Made by a program: the position numbers and the translations under genes. A DNA stretch of 56,057 bases, counting the filler, from Diploschistes diacapsis (Eukaryota), in the NCBI GenBank assembly GCA_023645945.1. It is 4 parts of 4 records of this genome, joined end to end, with 100 filler letters (N's around TTAATTAATTAA, not from the genome) between each part and the next. Parts side by side here need not be neighbours in the genome. Positions count along the whole stretch, not along the records: positions 1 to 13,979 come from JALAIB010000624.1; 3 more parts are not named here. The stretch is one strand, 5' to 3'. Shown piece by piece: positions 1-9,886 of this stretch. How positions within the stretch are numbered: the first letter of the stretch is position 1; each line of letters starts with the position of its first letter. Below the pieces are notes generated by a model. It saw nothing but the letters and a program-made list of their open reading frames with translations, searched no databases and was not told the DNA's origin.

Positions 1-598
1 GATGTGATGATGAAGGGGGTGTCGTTGTTGATGATGTGTAGATACGAAAAGTCTGAGTAACCGCCTGCGAACCCAGTAGATACAGCTTCCTTCCCATGCG
101 CATGATAATCGTGGTCGTAGGGCTACCCCGATGAGGGCTAGGTTGGAGAGGGAGATCGAATGCCGGATAAGAGTTTCTCCGTGGTTCTCGGATCCCAGCC
201 TTATTATCCCCGGAACAACTTAATACCTCGTATACTGAACATACTGAACGATGGAGCCAATCAATTCGTGCTTATCTTCCGATCCTTTGCGACGCAACGT
301 CAGATAGCACCACAAATAACTGCCAACGCCCGAGTCGGATTCATCCAAAAGTCATTACTCCATGCTGCATCAACTACAGGGAACTGGCGTCGGATTTGTT
401 TTTGCCGAAAGAAATTCAGCAAATATAACTCTTTCCCATCCCTAGGGCTCCTCCCCACACTTCCTCTTTTGCGTTTACCCTTTACTTCATCTCTTGACGT
501 TGACCGATTCGACTATCAACCTACCGCCATTGTCATTGCCATTGAAATTGCTATACCGTATATTTTGCTGCTTCTATCGAGAGTGTTTGGACGCCATC

Positions 599-2478
599 AT
601 GGAGGCGCTGTTGCACCAATCTCGCTCAATGTGTCCATTCCTGAAGAAGACTTCCCCATCCACTTTGAGGGCGCTTTCCACAAGCACCCGCCATGTATCT
701 CCAGCGGGTGGCATGATGTCCAATTTACAGGTACTCGCCCGCCGCTGCCCAGTCATGGGAAAGGCTTTGGCGGTGCAGACTGCCCGTACCGGGGTTATGG
801 GTCTTAGTGGGGTGTATGGAGGTACAAAGGCCTACCATTCCAAGGCAAACTTGCACACTTCGAGGTCCAATCAAGCCCAACCAAGCGAGATTGAGCACAA
901 CAAGGAGCATGGTGAGTTCTCGAATTTGATATATCAGCCCAAACTAATATGACTGAAGCACCCCTGCACCCTGTGGCTTCACGCCATGCAGTCAAACCGA
1001 CCGATTTCGGCATCCCTGGCCCAAAGCCTGCCGTCCCTGAAGTATCCAAGTTCGACTACGAAGGCTTCTATAGTGCCGAGCTCGAAAAGAAGCACAAAGA
1101 CAAATCCTACCGCTACTTCAACAACATCAACCGCCTGGCTCAGGAGTTCCCCCGTGCTCACATGTCCGCTCGCGATGAGCGTGTCACGGTCTGGTGCTCC
1201 AACGACTATCTTGGCATGGGCCGCAACCCAACTGTTCTCAGGAAGATGCACGAAACTCTCGATACCTACGGTGCCGGAGCTGGGGGTACTCGGAATATTT
1301 CCGGCCACAACAAGCATGCGGTGGAACTGGAGGCAACGCTGGCTAAGCTTCACGCAAAAGAGGCCGCTCTGACTTTTACCTCTTGCTATGTTGCGAACGA
1401 CGCAACCCTGGCCACCTTAGGGAGCAAATTCCCGAATTGCGTCATCTTTTCCGATAGTATGAACCATGCATCCATGATTCAGGGCATTCGACACTCTGGC
1501 GCACGCAAGGTCATTTTCAAGCACAACGACGTTGCGGACCTCGAGGCCAAGCTTGCATCTGTACCGAGCCATGTTCCCAAGCTCATTGCATTCGAATCAG
1601 TGTACTCCATGTGCGGATCGGTTGGGCCGATTGAAGAGATTTGCGACCTGGCTGAGAAGTATGGCGCAATCACTTTTCTCGATGAAGTGCACGCTGTGGG
1701 AATGTACGGACCACACGGTGCAGGCGTTGCGGAGCATCTGGACTTTGAAGCGCACAAGGCCGGTAGGCCAAAAGGAACGATTATGGATCGTGTAGACATT
1801 ATTACGGGAACTCTTGGCAAAGCTTACGGCTGTGTCGGAGGATATATTGCTGGTTCTGCTGCCATGGTTGATACGATTCGATCGCTTGCTCCGGGCTTTA
1901 TCTTTACGACCTCCAATCCGCCTGCAACAATGGCCGGCGCCAGGACGGCCATCGAGTATCAGATGCAATACCAGACCGATCGTACGCTCCAGCAGGTGCA
2001 CACTCGCGCACTGAAGGAAGACTTGGAGCACGAGGATATTCCCGTCATCCCAAACCCTTCGCACATTGTCCCGATACTCGTTGGAAATGCTGAGCTTGCC
2101 AAGCAGGCCAGCGACATGCTGCTCGAGGAACACGGAATCTATGTTCAAGCCATCAACTATCCCACCGTGCCCGTGGGCCAAGAGCGCCTGAGGATCACCC
2201 CGACGCCTGGACACACTGAGAGCTTCAGGGCGGAGCTGGTCTCCGCTCTCCAAGCCGTCTGGAACAAGCTGGAATTAAAACGAACAAGCGATTGGGCTGC
2301 CCAAGGCGGATTCATTGGGGTCGGCGTGAAGGATGCGGTGCGAGAACCACCACTCTGGACCGACGAGCAGCTTCGCTTGGACGACATCAAGAGGGTCATG
2401 CGAACTGGGCAAGCGCAGGATGTTCTGCAGAAGGTTGTTGAAAACCACACCCCGCGTCCAATGGTTGCAGCTGCATGA
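599..2478 (+). CDS. HEM1: 5-aminolevulinate synthase, mitochondrial (2 exons; intron 912-958)
   Basis: ATG 599 ([15 protein letters not shown]) opens a presequence with CP heme-regulatory motifs (MCPF, RCPV). The 47-nt GTGAGT...ACTAAT...AAG intron joins in frame to ORF 949-2478, which has ALAS motifs [28 protein letters not shown] and the PLP lysine in GTLGKAYG. Confidence 0.97.
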
Positions 2479-5413
2479 TTGGACTTTTACTTGGCGGAGT
2501 GCTCCTTGGTACCATCTCTATGATCTGCAACACTTCTTTTCATATGAGCAAGTTCTATGGTAGCGATAATATGGCAGATGATGACATGATGTTCGGTTTG
2601 GATTTTACCGCTTTCGCACGCTCATTTAGTAGCTATCTACAATATACCCTCTTCCGCCTGGCAATCAGCTGGTGGAGGCACTGTCAGGTGCTTCTATGAA
2701 CTGATGTCTGAACGAAGACCTTCCAACTCCCAGTCTATATGTACTTTTCTCTTTGCCGTGGGATAGCATGCAAGCACTTGCTTTATCTTTGTAAGCATGA
2801 TCCCTTTGAGTAGCCATTCAAATCACAAATTCCATACTCTTCGCAACTATTATACAGGGCCTGTATCTACAGTACACGTGCATCTAGCTCTAATCTTGGT
2901 AAAAAACAACCCTTGTTATTTCAATGAAAGGTACGTTATTCTGGACAACACTGATACCATGGGAAGACCTCCGAAAACGCCAGTAGACGTGAGTCGATCA
3001 TCGAATGAAGCTTCGGGAAGAACTTCAATACCATATGATAACGAAAGTGGCCAGCTGGTGGCTGGAGTGCTTCCAAAAAAGCACCACCACATGATTCGTT
3101 CCACCACCACTTCTCAACACACCTCACTCCGCATACAACCTTCCCCAAACTAACTCTCCGAACCCCGTCCTCTCTTCTCCTCATCCAGAAACCCGCTACT
3201 TCAAATCATCGCCACAGCTCGCTCAAACGTCCCATCCAGATGCCGCAGCAGCAGCAGCGCATACGCATATATATACCCAATATCCCCCCAACACCTCCTC
3301 TTATCCTCTCCCCAACGCCCCTCCCTCTCACCCCGCTCTAACTCCCTCACCTCCTCGAATAAACCCTGCATCTGAAAACCCATCCATATCCCGGTTGCCC
3401 TCCTATACATTCTCCACTTCCCGGGGAGCGAATGCCTAAACAAACTTACCCCATAGTCTTCCCCCCTTCCCCCCTCGGCATCCAGCCGTTCCACAATTCG
3501 CACCGCACCGTATATCCCGCCGCATCCCGCATCGTCACGCACGCTTGTCACCATCTCGTGGCCCGTGCCTCCGAACGAGGTGGTGACGGCGTAGAGCGTC
3601 GTGGGCGGGGCGTTGGCCCTACGATCACGACGGACATTGTTTTCCGACTTGGAGTTTGACCTGGCGCTGACTGTAAATGGCTGGAGATTCCCAATCCAAT
3701 CTGTCTCGCTTTCAGCAGCTGCAACTACACGTCCGTGGGTGTTCTGACTGTGTACCGGATCGTATCGAGACACGGCTCAGTCGCAAGCCATTCATCTCCT
3801 GATCACGGCCAGCAGCACTCCTAGTTCCATGCCCGGAACAGCGAGCGCTCAGAAATTGGTAGACTCTGAAGTGGTACCTCCATTAAAGGAAAAGAGTGGG
3901 GTGGCCATTGATGCAACAGTTCTGCTGCAAAAATAATATGCTTTTCTTTGTCGATTCTGGAATGAAACGGTAAGGGAAAGTGCCACTGCCGATGTATAAT
4001 GTATAACATATAAACATGGCTTCTCAGCCTCTAGGATTCCCCGGTATTCTGGATTCTTGTTTCCCGTTTTTGCGGCCTCAGCTCTTCATTCGACTGGTGA
4101 TCCGATATTAACAACTTTATTGCAGCCTGTTATGAGGCTTCGATTCCACGGGAAGAGGCCGCTCTCTCCATCTGTTCTGAGCATATCAATGTCGGTGGAA
4201 GAATGATTGGTTATGGCTTGATATGTTTTTTGGGTCAGTGTAGGTGAGGGTGAAGCCAATTTACTGTGGGTATGGTTTTCTTCCTACTTTCTCTTCCAAC
4301 TCCAACAAGAAGTGGCCTGTTACGATTGCAAGGAGACGCCATTTCAAATATCTCAGCCTATATGGCTAGAACTGCCACCTTTTTAAGTCACCTCCGGATG
4401 CTTCTTCTGCAACGTCCCAACCTTTCCGCGGCATCACCGTCATAATATATGGAAATACCACCCATAGATACTTTTCCCCCAGAGAATGCAATGCCTTGAG
4501 GGAAGCGTTATCTGCACCGAACTGGTCTTCCAAAGAGATTCAGCTGGTGCAAGCGCAATATCTACGTTGACAAGTCTTGATGGATGCTGCTAAGACATCC
4601 CAAAGGCGCAGGAGATGGCGTCGCAGGAAGCTTCTTTAGCCAATATCGCGTATGTACCAAGGCTTACAAATCGGAGAGCAGCCAAGTCAATAGCTGGATC
4701 CCTTTAAGACACACCGTATGCATCTACATTCGAGTTCATTCCAAACCAGCTTTCGATGTAAAGCCTTCTCACCCTGTACGCAGAAACTGGGAAAGAAAGA
4801 AGTGAAAGAAGTAGGATGAAAGCATCCATGTACAAGCTAAGCTGGAGCGCTTGGCGGCAATGGAAATTAGCAGATTGAAAGATGCCGTCTGTTAGATACT
4901 GAAAAGCTTTTAAGATTGGGTTTTTTGCGAACTATAGAGAAAGGAGGCAGGATACACGCGACAAATGATCGTCAGAATAGCGAAGAGCCGGTTTGCGACG
5001 TCTGTCACATCTTCGACAGGCTTCGATGGTAGTGGGTAGTCGAGGCTGAGTACACAATTCGAGGTGTTTGTGTAGCCTTAGTTGAAGAAGTCGATGAATG
5101 GTGTATGAGGTTCTTTGATGATTTTACCGGCGTCTGATTCAGAGCTAGGAGGATTCCTCAATGTCTCACCTTCCATCTCGGTGCAGCGGGTAAACGCTTC
5201 ATAGATATGTTGTTGTTTCTTTCTTCTCACTGTACACGAGAACAGGGCCCATACATCCGCTTTGTTATGGCTCGAGCTCCAAAGGGAGACAATGGCATGG
5301 TTGAGAAGGCGGGCAGGTCAACAAAGGGTGTATTGTTATTGCTCATCCTTAAAACCTCTCGACATTCCCTTACTCAAAACTAATCTTCCTTACACACCAA
5401 GTCCCCCAACAAC

Positions 5414-6922
5414 ATGCAGCCTTTTGTGCAACAGGTGTCTGAAGAAATGAACCAGCAAGGTAAGAAGCCTGGTCTACTCCACAAGATAGCTGGAAAGTTT
5501 ACCGGTACTCGAAATAAGTCGGATACTTTGACCGCTAGCACAATGTCGCCTCCCTTCAATAGGGCCCATACGGGGCCTACCCTTCCCACGCAATCAGAAG
5601 TCACCCCGAGGCTTCGACCTCGCGCACAAACTGATACCCCAAAACCCATGGGTCCACGCGGCGCTAATTATAGGCTTATTCAATCTCAACTTCTCAAAGA
5701 CCGGCCAGCTCTGACTCAAAAGAACCTAAATGATGCACTTGAGCAGCAATCGCTGAACAATGGCATTCAGAATGTTGCCCAGCACCAGCCCATGCGTGTG
5801 CCCACTCCGGACATCAGCCGGAAGCATCGCTCCCATGGTGCGGTCATCGAGTCGGTCAAGGATGAGCCCATGCCACCGCTACCGAAACATCCGCCACGGA
5901 AATCTGCGCTGAAGCAGAAGCAGCCAACGCGTACGCGCCCAATAGCCAAGCAAATCAAGTTCAATGACCGCGTTGCTCTAGGCTATTCCGCCGAGGCCTA
6001 CGCCTCTCTCCAGGACGTACCAAACCTGAAAGACGTAGGTCCGTCGATGGTTAGCCAGCGGGTGGCTCCTACCCCTGCGTCGGCAACTCGTGCATCGCTT
6101 CTACAATTGCATCTCGAGATCCCCCCAGCTCCAGTTTCACCCGTCTCGACGATCTCGTCGCTAGGACAGGATATCTCGCCCAGCCAGCGTTTATTCTCCG
6201 ATTTCTCTGAGGTGAGTCAAGCTGCCTTCCACGAGCGTGATACTTCTGGCGCCACTGGCTTGTACCATGCGGATACCGATCGGTCTATCCCGCCAGCGCT
6301 TATGGCGGCAATGGGACGCAGCCGCCACGGCTCCTTGTACGCGCTTTCGGCACCACCAAAGGCGAAGCCGAAGCTCAATCATCCTGTTTTCATAGAGTCT
6401 CGAGAGGACCTTGGGGACTGTACTCCCACTACCACCACTGCGGCCACTGCTAACCCTCTTAATACAGGCTCTCGTGATGTATATCAGCACCCAGAACTTT
6501 GTTTCTCAAACTCCTACCTAAAATGGCAGGAAGAGGTCCTCGCTGCTGGCAACACTCGCGCAAATAACAACATCCCTTCTCGCCTTCCCTCCCGCCCTTG
6601 TCCTCAGCCACTCCCGACTCGAAAGCCTCTACCTATTACCACCCATCCGCCCCGGGCCGTTCATGATCGCCCAGCTCCCCCTTCCCTTTCCCAACCCCCA
6701 ATTCCCCCTCGCCGCTCCTCGCACCAGCCTCCAGCTGCTAGTTCCTTTGCCTACGCCAACGTCCGTGCTCGCAACCGCGCCCGCACCCGCTCTGGCGGTT
6801 CAAAGTCCTCGGCACGCTCACTCGGCAAGACGGGGCTAAGTCCGACAGATTACGTTGTGGGAGGTGGGCCGGCGTTTGAGAGCTTTGCTCAAAGGACGGA
6901 GGGACAGTGGAGGCAGCAGTAA
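5414..6922 (+). CDS. Pro/Ser/Arg-rich, probably disordered hypothetical protein (502 aa, intronless)
   Basis: Uninterrupted 502-codon ORF from ATG with A at -3. No recognisable domain. Contains KSALK and KQIKF short motifs. Confidence 0.65.
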   Translation: MQPFVQQVSEEMNQQGKKPGLLHKIAGKFTGTRNKSDTLTASTMSPPFNRAHTGPTLPTQSEVTPRLRPRAQTDTPKPMGPRGANYRLIQSQLLKDRPALTQKNLNDALEQQSLNNGIQNVAQHQPMRVPTPDISRKHRSHGAVIESVKDEPMPPLPKHPPRKSALKQKQPTRTRPIAKQIKFNDRVALGYSAEAYASLQDVPNLKDVGPSMVSQRVAPTPASATRASLLQLHLEIPPAPVSPVSTISSLGQDISPSQRLFSDFSEVSQAAFHERDTSGATGLYHADTDRSIPPALMAAMGRSRHGSLYALSAPPKAKPKLNHPVFIESREDLGDCTPTTTTAATANPLNTGSRDVYQHPELCFSNSYLKWQEEVLAAGNTRANNNIPSRLPSRPCPQPLPTRKPLPITTHPPRAVHDRPAPPSLSQPPIPPRRSSHQPPAASSFAYANVRARNRARTRSGGSKSSARSLGKTGLSPTDYVVGGGPAFESFAQRTEGQWRQQ

Positions 6923-7954
6923 CAGCATCAATAGCCGCAGCGAGAAGGTAGGGGCAGGGGTTGGTCGGAAAGGTGAGTGCCCGTTGGTAGGTGTCCAGGT
7001 GGTTTTTGTCTCGTTTCTCGTTACAGCTTTTCCCTTTGCCTTTCGTCTTTCATCACAGCTTCGTCGGTCATTACAACTTTCCTTTGTTTAAGGGGGACTA
7101 TGAAGGGTTTGGAGGGCGTTTTCGCGCTGGTAATACTAGTGTGGGTAGATTGCATGCATTGCTTACATGTGTTGGGTTTTGAGTATCGGATAAGCGAAGT
7201 TCATATCGTACAGAGTAGGAAATACAGACGAGAACGAAAATATCATCGGATGAAAAGACTTGAAAAGTGATTTGGCAAGTTGCGATGCTGTGATTATAGC
7301 CTCAATCACTTGTGAACACGCTCCCCTTATTTGCCCTTCTTCCCCTCCAATCCCCTCATATCTACGTTAAACTGCTCAAAAAAGGAAAAATCATTCAGCA
7401 GGCAGAACTCGTGCCTGATCATCAACCTTTTATCCCATAAGATGTGCATCATATAAAGCTATTAAGGAGCTAGGGAGCCTATTTTCAAAATTGCCGTATT
7501 CCAATATCCCGCTCGACCCTCGAGATGCTATCTCCACGCGGTAGAGAAACGTTTATTACTTATTTCGCGGGAGTAGAAGCTGGTCGCATCACAATGATTC
7601 CATTGTCGATAATATTGAACAGTTGGTTGGCGGTAAAGCAGACCGGCAAAAGCATCGGGAGGCGCTCCAGACCAACCCAAACAACCAGTCGATATCATCA
7701 GGCCACCTTGTGAATCAATCTGAGACAAAATATTAACCTCTCAGCTACTCACTACGATGTTGTAGAAGTGTGTTTCCAAACCTTTACGCGTACAGCACAC
7801 CGAGTCGAACCATCAGTTTCACCCAGTTTCAACCCTGAACCTTTCAGTTAGATCTTATCATATATTATATCTTTCACATGCCATCGACCACCTTGAAAGC
7901 CGTTATTCTCTGTCCAAGACTATCTAACATCGCCAATCTCTCAGGATAGCAACC

Positions 7955-9089
7955 ATGGCCGCATCAGAACCGTTGAAACGGCTCGTTACTTATCTTGGAC
8001 CTCCAGCATCATACTCTCATGAAGTACAAGTTCTATTCCACTTTGAAGTTACCCCTAACACCAATGATAGGCTGCCAAAGGGGCGTTCGCTGATGAGGAC
8101 GGATTCTTTTTGGAAAGGGCGTGTACTATTCGAGGTATATGTTACAACAACCCAGCTTACGTTTGCATACTCAGAAAGCCCCAGATGTATTCCTCAGCGT
8201 CCAGACAGGCGACGCAACTTACGGCGTCGTTCCATTCGAGAATTCTTCTCATGGCTCCGTCGTTTATACCTTGGACATCCTGGCAGACAAGCTAGGAGAG
8301 GTACAAGACGTCCAAGTCTGCGGGGAAATCTACATCGATATAGATCACTATTTGGTTGGATTTGGTGCTGGAAAACATGAAGAGCCCTCCGTGCCTGGCG
8401 ATGCTACCCCGACCTTGGGTTCGCCCAGCCCCAGGCGGCCAAGATCTCAGCCCCTGAAAGACGTCAGCCACATAAAGCGCATTTACTCCCACTCCCAGGC
8501 CTTCGGGCAGTGCAGTGCCTTCATCGCTGTCTACCTGAAAGGCGCGGAGCAGCAGGAAGTAAACTCGACGTCAAGGGGGGCAGAACTAGTAGCCCAAGGC
8601 GGAGACGCAACCCTGGCCGCCATTGCCAGCAAGACGGCCGCACAGGTTCACGACCTGACGGTGCTAGCCAAGTGCATCCAGGACCGCGACGATAACAAGA
8701 CCCGCTTTCTCGTTCTGCAGCACCCCTCGTCTGCACAGCATCCGAGACACCCAGGTCCGTCGGTCCCGGACTTCCTGCAGGACGGACCGAGCAGCACGTC
8801 GTGGCGCCAGGGGTGGAAGACGCTGGTGGGTTTCACCATCGACCATCGCCGCACCGGCGCGCTGGCAGACGCGCTGAATACTTTCAAGACGAACAATTTG
8901 AACCTCACGAGCATCAATAGCCGCCCGAGTCAGCGTGAACCTTGGCACTACATCTTCTTTGTCGAGTTCGAGGGCCGGTTGGAGGAAAGTGGCGGTGGGA
9001 ATGTACACTGTGCGTTGCGGGGCCTTGAATCGTGTACAGAGTGGTATCGGTGGTACGGCAGCTGGAAGAATAGAAATAACCGCGCATAG
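7955..9089 (+). CDS. PHA2: Prephenate dehydratase (introns 8024-8070, 8135-8184)
   Basis: Spliced product reads YLGPPASYSHEAA...YGVVPFENSSHGSV...IYSHSQAFGQC...DNKTRFLVL, followed by an ACT domain (GALADAL...NLTSINSRP...YIFFVEFEG). Confidence 0.93.
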
Positions 9090-9886
9090 GCTGGCTGATG
9101 TTTGCTTGGGCCTGTAGCGTCCTGCCTAGGGATCATCTACATGCGGAGAGTTAGGCTAGCACGCGGTGGAAAATAAGGTAGTATTACTACTACAGTATAA
9201 CAGTGTCTGCTCATACTGCTCTTACTTTGATGTTACAGCTCCTACTGCTGTTGCCGCCAATCTTAAGGCAAAACCTTAACCATTTCCCCTAATTATACGT
9301 ACCACTTCTACCAATGCCGTTTATTTCACGAATACTACCCAGGGAGTCGATTAAGCGAGATACTGGGTATAATATCCGCCTCGCATGAGCGTCTGTAGCT
9401 GTAGGCCTATCAGTAGATATTTTTATAGCCTGATGTTTCAATCAACACCATATACTGTCCTGAAGGAAGGTCTCAGCGCCTCAAGCTCGTAAGAGAGAAT
9501 GGCACCTAACTGGTTGACATAGTATATCGCAATTGGAATTGCAATGCTCGTTGCTTCAGCCGGTAGCATAGAAAGCCATAATAAGGCACCTCATGTTTTT
9601 GCTTTAAAATCCCATAAATAGCCGCTAGCATTTGTATCGATGATTTTTAAGTAAAGTTGCTACTTACGTCAAAGTAAAGGGACGTAAGCGCGGCAGACTC
9701 GGGGCTATGCATATTCGGATTTGATATCTCACCTCGGAGATAGCAACGTTCGGCCGAGCAACCTTGGCAATTGGGAGTTTTCTCTGAAGCTTTGTTCATA
9801 ATGCTTTGGTGCAAGCCTGTTCAGAATCGATGGAGTCTCGTCATAATTCGAATCCGTGTCGCATGTGACAATATGCTATCAAAAGT

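Noticed and set aside
4..56. GTGATGA ... CTGA resembling C/D-box snoRNA boxes
   Set aside because: The span is only about 53 nt, with no terminal stem and no recognisable rRNA guide.
160..807. 215-aa ORF overlapping the HEM1 start
   Set aside because: No recognisable protein features. It overlaps HEM1 exon 1 out of frame and probably starts upstream of the TSS.
9841..9865. TTCGAATCC resembling a tRNA T-loop
   Set aside because: No surrounding cloverleaf stems or A-box.
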